From assembly GCA_964016885.1 (NCBI GenBank), contig OZ024756.1, positions 3,038,001 to 3,102,000 of the forward strand: a stretch of 64,000 nucleotides of DNA. The letters are read 5' to 3'. Positions 24,277 through 38,100 of the stretch are shown here, one piece after another. Position 1 is the first letter of the stretch. Every line of letters begins with the position of its first letter. The notes beneath the pieces were generated by a model. It was not told where the DNA came from, did not search any database, and was given only the letters and a program-made list of their open reading frames with translations. A program made the translations under genes and the position numbers. The DNA is from Eledone cirrhosa. Its lineage: Eukaryota.

Positions 24277-24321
<45 letters not shown>

Positions 24322-24552
24322 TTACATTCAGTTAAATTATTGATGTATTGTTTTATTGATATTTTTTATCTGTTTGTCCCGAATCTTCTATTATCGATTT
24401 TTTATCGTATGGTTGATTTTAGACTTGTTCTATGTGTGACGGCATTTTAACGATAGTTATAGCTCTGATTCATCTGAATTATTGAGCCCTCTGCCGCTTA
24501 TTTCGAATATTGTTTATCGTGAACTCGTGCGCCGATTTTTCGATACTCGATC

Positions 24553-24616
<64 letters not shown>

Positions 24617-24651
24617 ATAAATAACAAAGAACGCTTATAGCATATGCATAT

Positions 24652-24709
24652 CTTTACTTGCTAACATTGTTTCATCCGCACTATAAGTGGGACTCATCAG
24701 AGCATAAAG
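24652..24709 (-). ncRNA. Type I hammerhead ribozyme (inverted copy)
   Basis: Reverse complement of 26602-26659. Confidence 0.72.
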
Positions 24710-25255
24710 GTTAATTACATACCATACAAGCAATAACAAATCCAAGACATTGAAGAATGAAAGGTAATAATAGACGATAAAGGATAAGAATAAAAATAAA
24801 AGTAAAAATAAAAATAAAAATAAAAATAAGGGGTGCTATCAGTCACAGTTGGGCGGGGTGCTGTCAACATATAGTTACATACAAGCATACACATGGATAA
24901 GAGAACAGACAAGAGTAGACACATGGATAAGAGAACAGACAAGAGTAGATAAGATAGATGGGATTAGGTAAGAGTAGGTAAAAAATAGGTGAAAAACAGA
25001 CTTATAATATATATAAATAAGAAAATATAAAGAAATACAAAGAAATACATAACAAACTTACATATAAAATATAGGGTAAGGAATGAGATAAAATAATATA
25101 AAATTAAAATTAAAAATTATATACATAGAACATAATATAATATAATCGTAAAATAAGATAAAATAAGGTAAACTAAAATCAAATAACATAGACTAAATTA
25201 AAATAATATAATATAAGATATAATTAAATGTATAATTAAATGTAATTAAATGTAA

Positions 25256-25295
<40 letters not shown>

Positions 25296-26601
25296 AAATA
25301 AAAATAAAAAAAGAGAAGAAAAAAAAAATAAATAAAAAAATAAGAAAAAAAATAAATAAAAAAAAATAATAAATAAAAATTAAATAAATAAATAAAATTT
25401 AAATTTAAATTTTAAAATTAAAATTCAAATTTAAATTTAAATAAATAAATAAATAAATAAATGGAGTCAAGTAAGTAAATAAATAAAATTAGATAACATG
25501 AAATGAAATAAAATAAAATGAAATAAAGTAAATTGAGATAAGATATATATTTTTTTAGAATATATCTTTTGAATATATCAGGGGCCCACGAAGGCACTAA
25601 GTGTCACAGTTATGTGTATCACTTGACCAATTTTTTTTAATATATTTCTTGAAAACATCAGGGGCCCACGAAGGCACTAAGTGTCACAGTCAACAGTATC
25701 ACTTGACCATTGCAAGGCAATGGAGGCGTCCCAGGTTGGGCAGTCTCGAAAGTTCACTCGAAAGTCATGGGTGTGCATTCACACAGTTGAGCGGTGGGGT
25801 AATCACAAACCGGTTCACACACGGGCAGGAGTCCAATGGTCAGAGAGAGGTGCATCGAAGGAGGTAGAAGAATTCACGTGCATTAGCAAGCAAGGTGCAG
25901 GCGGGTTAAAGCAAGCAGACACAGTTGTAGCGCATACAAAATATATATAAAAAGATATATAAAAAGACAGAAGATATATAAAAAAATAGCTTCAAGAGCC
26001 ATTAAGTCACCGCATTGGGACATCACAAGATTGTACACATCAATATGTTCAGCACGTATATGCACGTATACACACCACATGCATATGCAGAGACGGTATA
26101 CATATATATATATATATATTTTTTTTTATATATACAGACACATACAACCACCTACACCCATACACATATAAATGTATACACGGACACACACGCACACACA
26201 CACAGCGTAGGACACCCGGGTCAAAGCCGATATTAAACACCGAAATACCACATTAGACCAGACCCACTACCACAGGTAATACAATCAAAACAAATACATA
26301 CGATGAGATGTCTGTTTTTCACCTATTTTTTACCTACTCTTACCTAATCCCATCTATCTTATCTACTCTTGTCTGTTCTCTTATCCATGTGTCTACTCTT
26401 GTCTGTTCTCTTATCCATGTGTATGCTTGTATGTAACTATATGTTGACAGCACCCCGCCCAACTGTGACTGATAGCACCCCTTATTTTTATTTTTATTTT
26501 TATTTTTACTTTTATTTTTATTCTTATCCTTTATCGTCTATTATTACCTTTCATTCTTCAATGTCTTGGATTTGTTATTGCTTGTATGGTATGTAATTAA
26601 C

Positions 26602-26659
26602 CTTTATGCTCTGATGAGTCCCACTTATAGTGCGGATGAAACAATGTTAGCAAGTAAAG
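26602..26659 (+). ncRNA. Type I hammerhead ribozyme
   Basis: CTTTATGCT-CTGATGA-GTCCCACT(TAT)AGTGCGGAT-GAAA-C(AAT)G-TT/AGCAAGTAAAG. Confidence 0.72.
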
Positions 26660-27014
26660 ATATGCATATGCTATAAGCGTTCTTTGTTATTTATTATACT
26701 ACGGCTCTGTCCTCAGACATTGAGCTAACCTCATACTGCCTGCTGGATAAGTGGAGTGTTATACACCCCTGATCCTTTCCCTAGCATACTATATATATAT
26801 ATATATATATTACTCATACTTCTCTCCCCCTTCACCACCTCTTCTACGGCTTCGATATAAATACCCCCTCCGCCTCCCTGGTATTTTCTTCGGGGTTATA
26901 AGAGGCTTAGCTCTGTTTCTCGACCGTTATATCGCGTGACTATCTCCCCCTCCGCCTTTTGGGATTCTTTCTCACGTCGTGTAGACGCGTTCTAGAGGCT
27001 AGTAAAATGAGGTA

Positions 27015-27104
27015 TCCTCTTGATAAGTCGGCAGACCTCGCAAGGACTCTATATCTTTATGATGTATTGTTTTTGTTTATGCCACGAAACTACGTAGTCG
27101 AGGA
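27015..27104 (+). ncRNA. Hammerhead ribozyme, U3-A8 core variant, in a (TA)n-flanked insert (~26810-27176)
   Basis: TCCTC-TTGATAA-GTCGGCA...TGCCAC-GAAA-CTACGTAG-TC/GAGGA. Palindromic ACTACGTAGT stem III, GUC site. Confidence 0.72.
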
Positions 27105-27177
27105 ATCTAGGAGCAGTTTAGGTATGATACATTTTATTACTAATTATATCTAAATGTTTCTTCTCTCTTCATAATGT

Positions 27178-27208
<31 letters not shown>

Positions 27209-27209
27209 A

Positions 27210-27328
<119 letters not shown>

Positions 27329-27597
27329 TATAAATATATATATATATTTATTAAAATAACAGATTAAAGAATAAACAAAGAATCGGTGCTTTCACCCTCC
27401 AAATTTATTATTATTACTATATATATATATATATTGTTATACTTTGGGAGGGTCATGTTGCCATTAAGAAACACCCGCACCAGTAGATTTCACTGCAATT
27501 TATTATAAATTACATTTATATATTTAAGAATTTATAATTTATAAATTTCCGGTTGGTTGGTTGGTTGGTTCCACAACCGGACGGTTGTTCATGTATT

Positions 27598-27640
27598 GTC
27601 AAAGTTCTTTCGTCACACATTGTGTGACCTCTTCAGTGAC
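27598..27640 (-). ncRNA. Hammerhead-like motif with a 1-nt core insertion, in a (TA)n-flanked insert (~27435-27900)
   Basis: Minus strand GTCA-CTGAAGA-G-GTCACAC(AAT)GTGTGAC-GAAA-G(AA)C-TT/TGAC. Confidence 0.6.
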
Positions 27641-27898
27641 TGGGGATCCTTTTCTTTGTTTTGTGCCTCTCCTTTGTTCTGTCCTATGCCATCTTGTTTT
27701 TGTGTGCGTTGCAATTTTCTTGCAAACTTGACTGTCACCACAGAATATGAACCTGAAGATTGCGAAAGCATGAAAGTACTTGTTCAATTAACACTTAACA
27801 TTTAATATTCTACCATACCATTTCATTCTAATACCATTATACATTTTAAAGGATTGTAAATAAAACGAGTAAATCAGACAAAGTTGGAATTCCTCTTA

Positions 27899-27971
<73 letters not shown>

Positions 27972-28070
27972 CAGCTAGATCCGAACAGCTCTAGCTGTTC
28001 GGATCATCTAGCTGTTGAAATGACCAGAGCTCAGCCGTCGGGTTGCTGAATATATTTCTATATTATATTA

Positions 28071-28106
<36 letters not shown>

Positions 28107-28111
<5 letters not shown>

Positions 28112-28418
28112 ATTGGATATTTAGTAAAATCGAATTTCTGTCGGTTTGCAAGCAAATTCGGCCTACCTATGAGGTGATGAGTTTGCAAAGCACTTGATAA
28201 GTTAGGTCCTTAGAAAAATAACATACGTTTAAATAGTTTGACAAATCTAACATTGTGGTAGGCAAAATCTAACCCACAAAAACATACCAAACTAACGATA
28301 GAACTAACAGTTTGAGAAAAATATTTTTCTCAACCTGTTAGTTCTATCATTACTTTGGTATGTTTTTGTGGGTTAGATTTTGCCTACCACAATGTTAGAT
28401 TTGTCAAGCTATTTAAAC

Positions 28419-28420
<2 letters not shown>
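28107..28420. mobile_element. (TA)n-flanked inverted-pair element
   Basis: ~28225-28320 is the reverse complement of ~28325-28420 (centre GAGAAAAATATTTTTCTC). The left arm extends ~115 bp further. Confidence 0.65.
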
Positions 28421-28458
<38 letters not shown>

Positions 28459-28499
28459 GATATATTAACAAATGGAAACTATATTTATAAAACCATATT

Positions 28500-28564
28500 T
28501 ATTTCATTATACAAATTTCAAGGACACCAAGTTAAATTATGGTGTGCTTTCATCAGATAAAATA
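28500..28564 (-). ncRNA. Family B hammerhead ribozyme in inverted-pair insert 28458-28800
   Basis: Minus strand TATTTTAT-CTGATGA-AAGCACACCA...TGGTGTCCTT-GAAA-TTTGTA-TA/ATGAAATA. Confidence 0.68.
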
Positions 28565-28899
28565 TAATATAGATCAGTTTTATAAATAAATATTGACATA
28601 CCCTTAACGAATGCGACCATTTCTGTTGGAAGCTCCCGGAAATGGTCGCATTCTTTAAGGGTATGTCAATATGGTTTTATAAATATAGTTTCCATTTGTT
28701 AATATATCGTATTTTTACTCCAATAATTTGTTGAGTGCTTTATATCAGTTATAAAAATATTTGCTTGTTGTATCACAACAATTTAAATAGAACTTCTACA
28801 TATATATAAATATTTTATTAAAATAACAGATTAAAGTTTAGGCAAAGAATCGCTGCTTTCACCCTTAAATTTATTATTATTACTATATATATATATATA

Positions 28900-29112
28900 A
28901 GGAACGATCGACTTTCGTCAAATCGGACCGAGGGAACAATGTTTCCGTTGGTCTTTCCAATTGCTAATACTATCTATCGGTCGCAACTCCAGGTAGAAGG
29001 AGTAAAGTGAAATAACGTGTCTTGCTCAAGGACATAACGCATCGCCTGGTCCAGGAATCGAACTCACAACCTTACGGTTGCGAACCCAATCCTCTAACCA
29101 CTCAGCCACACA
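28900..29112 (-). mobile_element. tRNA-derived SINE (CORE-like), partial; 3' fragment also at ~50990-51112
   Basis: Minus strand GTGGCTGAGTGGTTAGAGG, GAGTTCGATTCC, TCCTTGAGCAAGACAC. Confidence 0.75.
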
Positions 29113-29136
29113 CCTTCACAGATATATATCTATATT

Positions 29137-29168
<32 letters not shown>

Positions 29169-29173
29169 CATAT

Positions 29174-29377
<204 letters not shown>

Positions 29378-29522
29378 GTATATAAATAGGTTTGTATATA
29401 TATATGTATACATATATATATATATATATATACAAACATTTTATATATATATATACACTCATTTTATATATATATATATTAATTCAAAATATTAACAAAA
29501 TAGATATTCTTGTGATCAATTA

Positions 29523-29589
29523 TATTTTATTATACATATTTCAGAGGTACTGAGTTTAGTTCAACAGTACGTCCTCATCAGATAAAATA
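29523..29589 (-). ncRNA. Family B hammerhead ribozyme in inverted-pair insert ~29478-29740
   Basis: Minus strand TATTTTAT-CTGATGA-GGACGTACTG...CAGTACCTCT-GAAA-TATGTA-TA/ATAAAATA. Confidence 0.72.
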
Positions 29590-29742
29590 AGATGATGCAT
29601 GACATACCCTGACATAGTAGATGGTTAAGATTCATTCATGGTAGTTGAGTGCTTCCAATCTATTGTAAAACTCATTCTTTGATGTATTCATTGAACCTTG
29701 TTTAACTTTGTATCCCAACAAATTAAATATAACTTCTACATA

Positions 29743-29784
<42 letters not shown>

Positions 29785-29958
29785 GACGTAAAACAAGAAA
29801 ATTTTAAAAATTAAAAATGTTTAAATTTTCTTATTTTACGTCTTTCCTATAATTGTTCTGCATCCCCCTGCATAGAACCACAAAGGTACTAAGACATAAC
29901 ATATATATTTGCTAGCATGGGTATACATCTGTATACATATGTTGGTAGATATACTAAT

Positions 29959-29992
<34 letters not shown>

Positions 29993-30281
29993 CACATACG
30001 AAAATAAATAGATGAGCCAGCAGGAATTGAAATCGTTATGATGGACTCGGTTCACTGGTGTAATATCACAACTTGGTAGACTTATGAAGTGAGACGGTAG
30101 AATCAAAGTATTGCAACTCTTGATCTCTCTCTGGAAAGATTGTATCAAGTGGCGAGGGTTATATTGATACGGCGTCTTGAATCTCTGTCTGTCTGTCTGT
30201 TTATCTCTCCCCACTCCCTTCTCTCTCTCCCTCTTTTTTCCTCTCTCCGTCTAGCTCTTTCTTTCTCTCTCTTTCTATATT

Positions 30282-30314
<33 letters not shown>

Positions 30315-30334
30315 GTGTGTATGTGCTTGAGTAC

Positions 30335-30366
<32 letters not shown>

Positions 30367-30422
30367 GTGCTTGTGTACATATATATATATATATATGTGT
30401 GTGTGTGTATGTGCTTGTGTAC

Positions 30423-30470
<48 letters not shown>

Positions 30471-30986
30471 TTGTGTACATATATATATATATATATGTGT
30501 GTGTGTGTTTGTGTTTGTGTACATATATATATATATAAATATAAGTGTATGTGCGTGTGAATATACATACGTATATATAGAGAGTGGGAAAGAAAGAGAG
30601 GAGAGAAAGAACGAGAGAAAGAGAGAGAGGGAGAAAAGAACGAGAGAAAGAGAGAGAGGGAGAGAGGGAGAAAGGGAGAGAGAGAGAGACAGAGAAAACA
30701 AAACTTACTATGAACAAAGTATTTTACGATTCAAATAATAAGACAATTAGAAGTTGCTAATAGACAATGGTGACGGCCAGATGGAGCCACTAGTCGCTGT
30801 CTATGTGACTGTAGTAGACATGAAGAGGTAGATCTACTTCTATGTTGACCCTAACACTGAATTAATAACTCCTTGCTACGGCGTCTGATAATCTGGCAAA
30901 TCTCCGGTGCCATTATAATGTCATTACACCTTTCTCAAGGAATCACACATCGCCATCTTCAAAGAGTTCCACTCACAAATCTTCGT

Positions 30987-31082
<96 letters not shown>

Positions 31083-31247
31083 GTCTCTCTCTCGCTCTCT
31101 GACACACACACAGACATACACACACACATACACAGACACGCGCTCTTCACTCTCTCTCTCTCTGTTATTATTTACACGCCCCTCTTACCCTCTCACTTTC
31201 TCTCTCTCATGTGCGTAGTGTTGTGTGTATATGTATTGTATATATAA

Positions 31248-31302
<55 letters not shown>

Positions 31303-31340
31303 TTACATACACACAAACATATATATATATATATATACTT

Positions 31341-31387
<47 letters not shown>

Positions 31388-31414
31388 TATATATGTACTT
31401 ACACACACACACAC

Positions 31415-31447
<33 letters not shown>

Positions 31448-31531
31448 CTCAATACATATATTATATATTCAATATATATACATATATATATATATCGAGA
31501 GAGAGGCATATACATATATGTTTGTATATAT

Positions 31532-31607
<76 letters not shown>

Positions 31608-31817
31608 CATGTGTGTCTATGGATATTTAACTCTAACTGGAGATATAATTAGTCATTCGGGGTCATTTTATTTTCTATGGGTTTCTGCTAATCCGAGTTA
31701 TGTGTTAAAAATATTTTAGTTATACACAAAAATGTACACCCGCTACACATACATATATACACAAACACACACACACACATATATATATAAATGTATATGA
31801 ATATACAAATAAGCCCC

Positions 31818-31961
<144 letters not shown>

Positions 31962-32014
31962 TAGATACATATATACATATATATACATATATATATATAT
32001 ATATACTTAGATAC

Positions 32015-32093
<79 letters not shown>

Positions 32094-32433
32094 TACATAC
32101 ATATATATATATATATATTCATACATACATATATATACATATACATATATACGAGCAAATTATAAACGTAAACAGGTAAGTATGTTTTTGAAACGGTGCG
32201 CGAGTTTGAAATTAGAAATTATAAGCTTTCACCGTATTTTAGACTAAAGAAATTACTAGCCTGATAGTGGGGTTTATAACCCTCAGAGAAATGGAAAAAG
32301 ATGAGTGTTGCCGTACATATATATATATATATATATAATTATATATATATATATGTATATGTATATACATATATGTATATATATATGTATATGTATATAC
32401 ATATATGTATATATATATGTATATGTATATACA

Positions 32434-32470
<37 letters not shown>

Positions 32471-32479
32471 GTATATACA

Positions 32480-32530
<51 letters not shown>

Positions 32531-32539
32531 GTATATACA

Positions 32540-32597
<58 letters not shown>

Positions 32598-32605
32598 CAT
32601 ATATG

Positions 32606-32703
<98 letters not shown>

Positions 32704-32717
32704 CATATATATATACA

Positions 32718-33951
32718 TTTCAGCAAGGCCTTTGACAGGGTTGATCATAACATTCTACTGAGAAAGCTGTCCAATATTGGTGTCACTGGAAAGCTGCTGC
32801 AGTGGATCAAGAGCTTCCTGTCAAACAGAACCCAACATGTTGTAGTTGAGGGAGTCAAATCAAGCCCAGCCAAAGTCAGTAGTGGAGTCCCACAAGGCAC
32901 TGTGTTGGGCCCACTTCTCTTCATCATCTATATTAATGACATCACTGACATCATCAAACACAGCAACATTAAAATTTTCGCTGATGATTCCAAGCTCCAA
33001 AAGGTCATCAATGGCGTGGATGACCGGATAAGCCTTCAGTCAGACCTACTGGCTGTTACCCAATGGGCAGAAAAGAACAACATGTTACTGAACGAAGACA
33101 AATTCGAACTGATCCACTTTGGAAAAGAGGATGCTCTGAAACTCCCGTACTCCCTTCCCTCCGGGGAAACTCTCGTGGCATCTAACAACATCAGAGACTT
33201 GGGAGTAACCGTGGACAGCAACATAAGCTGGACCACGCATATAAGCAGCAAAGTTGACATGGCCCGCAGAATGTGTTCCTGGATCCTCAGAACCTTCCAG
33301 TCGAGAGATTCCCGCACCATTATCCTTCTCTTCTCTACTTTCGCCCGACCACACCTTGAATACTGTTGTCCACTGTGGTCTCCCCACACGAAACAAAGTA
33401 TCATGAAACTTGAAGCTCCTCAAAGGGCAATCACGAAAAAGATAGATGGCATGTCAGACCTTGACTACTGGGGTCGATTGGAAAACCTGAAACTTTACTC
33501 ACTCCAACGTCGCCGTGAGCGTTATATTATCTGCATGATGTGGAAAATGTTCCATCATCACTGCCCAAATGATGTTGGCATCGCCTTCAAGATACACCCA
33601 AGGCTTGGGCCCCGTGCTATCCGTCCCATTCAAAAATCTAAATCGCAACTCATAACAACAATACGGCACAATTATTTCACCTCAATCGGCCCTGCTCTCT
33701 TCAACATCACACCAGGACACGTCAAAACAGAAACTGACCACACAAAATTCAAGAAGTCTTTGGACAAATTCCTCCAAGTAATCCCGGACAAACCACCCAC
33801 ACCCGGATATGTCTCCGCAAACAGTAATTCTGTTCTCGAATGGGCCATGGTGCCCAAATTCTGAATTGAAAGACTTCGCCAGGTGGTGCTATTAAGTTAG
33901 ACATGGCCTGGGCCAATACTGGCCAAAACATTTCAAAGTTATTCAAAGTTA
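32718..33951 (+). mobile_element. 5'-truncated CR1/L2-group LINE (RT domain to C-terminus, 3' UTR)
   Basis: [59 protein letters not shown]. Open frame to the stop at 33864. Tail (TTCAAAGTTA)2. Inserted in TA-rich microsatellite. Confidence 0.93.
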
Positions 33952-33988
33952 TACATATATATATACATAAATACATACATATATATAC

Positions 33989-34023
<35 letters not shown>

Positions 34024-34180
34024 CATACTTATATACATACATACATATATATATATATATACATACATATATATACATATATACATATATATATATACAT
34101 ACATATACTCTTTTACCTGTTTCAGCCATCTGGCTGAGGCCATGCTGGGTATATATATATATATATACATAAATACATAC

Positions 34181-34213
<33 letters not shown>

Positions 34214-34310
34214 CATACATATATATATATACATACATACATATATATACATATATATATATATACATAAATACATACATATATATATACATATATATAT
34301 GCATGCATAC

Positions 34311-34343
<33 letters not shown>

Positions 34344-34706
34344 CATACATATATATAAATACATACATACATATATATACATATATACATATATAAATAC
34401 ATATATATACATATATACATACATATATATACATACCTAACATTTTAAGCTTATGAACATAACCATAAACTACACACTCACACTTACTAACACATTTATG
34501 CTTACGTTCTTCAGCATAATATTTTAGGTACATATGTATGTATATATAAAGTGTATATAAAGATGTATATTCTATCATTTTGTAAATGTGTATACAGAGT
34601 ATACATAGTCTGGGAATGTGGCCATAAGATATATAAGATATATAGGGTATACTCTACAGAGGGACTGGTCGTGAAGTATTGTTTCACCGTGGGAGTAATT
34701 GTATGC

Positions 34707-34739
<33 letters not shown>

Positions 34740-35110
34740 TGTATGTATGTATGTATGTATGTATGTATGTATGTATGTATGTGTGTGTGTGTGTGTGTGT
34801 GTGCGTGTGTGTGTGTATGTATTTATATACGTCTATATGTATGTGTGTATGTATGTCTATATGTAGGTGTGTATATATCTCTATATGTATGTATATATAT
34901 CTATATGTATGTATGTATTTATGTATGTATGTATGTATTTATGTATGTATGTATGTCTATATGTATGAGTGTATGTATATATGTATATATGTGTGTGTAT
35001 ATATATGTATATGTGTGTATATATATATGTCTATATGTATGTATATATATGTCTATATGTATGTATATATATATATGTCTATATGTATGTATATATATAT
35101 ATATATGTAT

Positions 35111-38100
35111 GTTCTTCTGGTTTTATAATTTCCCAAATGATTTCCCAATAGAGAGACAGTCGGTTTCTAACATAGACACAAGACTCTCTCAGTGGAATTT
35201 ACACAACATCAACTATGTAGATTATGTATGCATGTGTAGATATGCATGTTATTGTATGTGTGGATGTGTATGTTTTGAGTTGTATGTGTGCATGTGTATA
35301 TGCTTTGTATCTGTACATATGTATATGCAGTTATTAGATGCAAAATTTCTGGAATGTTTTAGATATTTTTACTGTTCCATTAATGGATTGTACTTGTAAT
35401 TTCCTGACTAGTTGTGTTCTTTCTGTTCCTGTGAAGCCTAGCTTCTCAAGATTTGTATTGAGATAGTTACTAACATATCCCAGTGTCCCGATAATCACAG
35501 GCATAAATCTGAAGGTGTAATGAGGGTGGAGTATCTTCAGATTTCTCATTAGTTCTGCATAAATATTCTCCTTTTCTCTAATCTCTGATATTATATTGGC
35601 ATCTGCTGGGCAGCTAACTTCCACTACTATGCATGCTTTCTTCTCCCTGTCCCATATCATAATATCTGGTCTGTTATGCCTGCATTTTATTGGGTTTTTA
35701 CTGGAACATTCCACCAGTACTCTTTCATATTATGTACATGGATGTCTTCCACATTTTTGTAGCTTTTAATGTGTTTATTATCGGGGCTATCTTTTTTACG
35801 AACTGCATTGTACAATGTTTTGGCCACTACATCATGCCTCATAGGTAGATAGTACCGCGATGACATTTTGGGCAGCTGCTGATGATATGGGTGATATCCT
35901 CGATGTTAATTCTGCAGAGTTTGCACTTGTTGTCACATATAGGTGTTTTGCGTGCATCTCTATCTCTTTTGTGAATCAGGTATTTCGTGTTAATCTCCTG
36001 TTTTTGGATTGGAAAAGCGTATCATTCAAAGTGGGAGCCAATATAGCGGTTGTTGGTCCAAGATAGACTATTTTCCTTATCTATATTACTCTCACTCTGG
36101 AGCTTCCTGGCAACATATCCATGCATAATTTTTTGCTGATAAGCATGCAGTTTTTCATCCATCTCTTCACTGCGATACTGCTAAGCGACTTCCCAGTGTG
36201 TGAGTTTTTGATTATCACACAGGGAATATCTCTCGAGGAGTTCCTTCCCAACTCTCATGATCTTATCTGTTTCATGCAGATAGACTTGCTCGAGACGCGG
36301 GCTCCTACGCTTCGAGGTTCGTAGATGTTGTCGGACAGATATGATCCGACATTCAAATGTTGGTTGGACTTATGTTAGGCCTCTGCCTCCCTGCTTAGTT
36401 TCAAGTAAAGGTAGTCTATGTCACTGTTGATGTGGAAGTTTCCGGTGTTGTTTAGTATTTTTCGAGTTCCAGCATCAACTGCTCGGATTTCGTCTATCGT
36501 CCAATTAAGTATTCCAAACATTGGTGTTAGGACAGGCACAGCAAACACATTGTGAGCCACTGTTTTGTTTTGCGCAGAGAGTTCCGATGACCAGATCTTT
36601 CTTAATCGGGTGTAGTATTCACTGGTTACGCGTTCTTTATTACATATACCATTATAGGATATGTTCTCATCTATCCCCAGGTATCTGTAGTAGTCCTCAT
36701 CAGATATCGGTGAAACAGTTAGGCCATTGCTAGATTGGGTTGTTGTTTTTCCCCGCTTTACAGTCATGTATGAGCATTTATCTTGACCAAACTCCATTCC
36801 TATATCCTTTGAGAACGTTGTAACCAGGTCAAGATTTTTCTTCATCCCATCCATGTTCTTGGCATAGAGTTTCAGATCGTCCACAACAGAATTATGGGTT
36901 AGGTTCGTATTTCTGTCCTCCTGTGAGCCAATGATGTATCCCTCACATTTCTTTAGCAGAAAGGACAAGGGGTTTAATGACAAGATGAATAATATCACAG
37001 AGAGACTGTCCCCCTGAAATATACCCCAGCAATACTTTATTTTATCAGTAAAAATAGAGCCCTCCCTCTCTGTCTTTAACCTTAGGATAGTAACCCAAGA
37101 AGAAGACAGCATCTCTATGGCTCTGACAATAATGTCTGGGACTTTAGCAAGTTGGAAGGCCTCTATCGTCCAAGAGTGGGGAACAGAATCGAAAGCTTTC
37201 CTGTAGTCCAGCCAGACTGTAGCCATATTGCTCCTAAGTTGTCGCACCTCAGACATCGCAGTTTTGTTGATTAGGAGTTGTTCAGCACATCCCCAAACCC
37301 CTTTCTTTCCAGTTGCTTGTTCATCTGTGATGATGTTATTATTTTCACTGTGATCTTGGAGGAATAGGTTCAGGCAGGCTGTATACATCTTATACATCAG
37401 GTTCTGGCATGCAATGGGTCGGTAGTTTTTTGCCAAGTGGATGTCTTTGTTCTTGGGGACCAGTAATGTTTGTGCTAATGTCAACCATTCTGGTATAAGT
37501 GTATCTCCCTTAAGAACTTGTTGGTAGAGGTCAGTAAGATACCTCCGATAGAATATCAGTTTTTTTGTACCAGTAGCCGACAATCATGTCTCTTCTTGGT
37601 GTTTTCTTATCTTGGAGTTTTCCTATCACAGTCTCAAGGGTACCCTCACTTATTTCGTATGTTTTTGATGTAGTGTAGGAGCAATAGTTCTTTCGGATTT
37701 CTCTTAGCCACACTGCATCTTGGTTGAAATTCTTCTTTTCACCGCATATTTTGCTCCAAAACGAATCTGTCTTTCTAGGATGGCGCCTCAGTGACACTTA
37801 TTATTTTGTTCTTCATATCTCTATAGACTGATGTTTGGTTTCGTTTGAATCTTTTATTAATCACTTTCTCTCATCTACCTTCTTCAGGTATCGGCGTTTT
37901 TCGCTAACAGCTCTCAATTCTTGTTTGAGGGTGACCGGCTTATATTGGAGAGTTCTGGTTCTACTGTTACCAAACATCGTCTCTATTTTATTTTTCACTC
38001 TTTGTTGGTGAGGAGTGAGGTTTTTTTTGTGTTTGTTTGCATGTAAGAAGCATTGTCGCATATCCTATATTTTTTCGTAGGTCAGCAATCTTTTTTTCTA

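Larger units (their letters stand above)
24613..26790. mobile_element. Penelope-pLTR-like insertion with 389-bp inverted repeats, each carrying an HHR
   Basis: 24613-25001 is the reverse complement of 26310-26698. The right arm extends ~90 bp. (TA)n on both sides. Confidence 0.78.

Noticed and set aside
27968-28030. Hairpin followed by GAAA (related fragment at ~40208-40233)
   Set aside because: May be an HHR stem II remnant, but the CUGANGA half is absent.
32305-32717. N-terminal part of the 519-aa ORF
   Set aside because: (TA)n read-through; the LINE sequence starts at ~32718.
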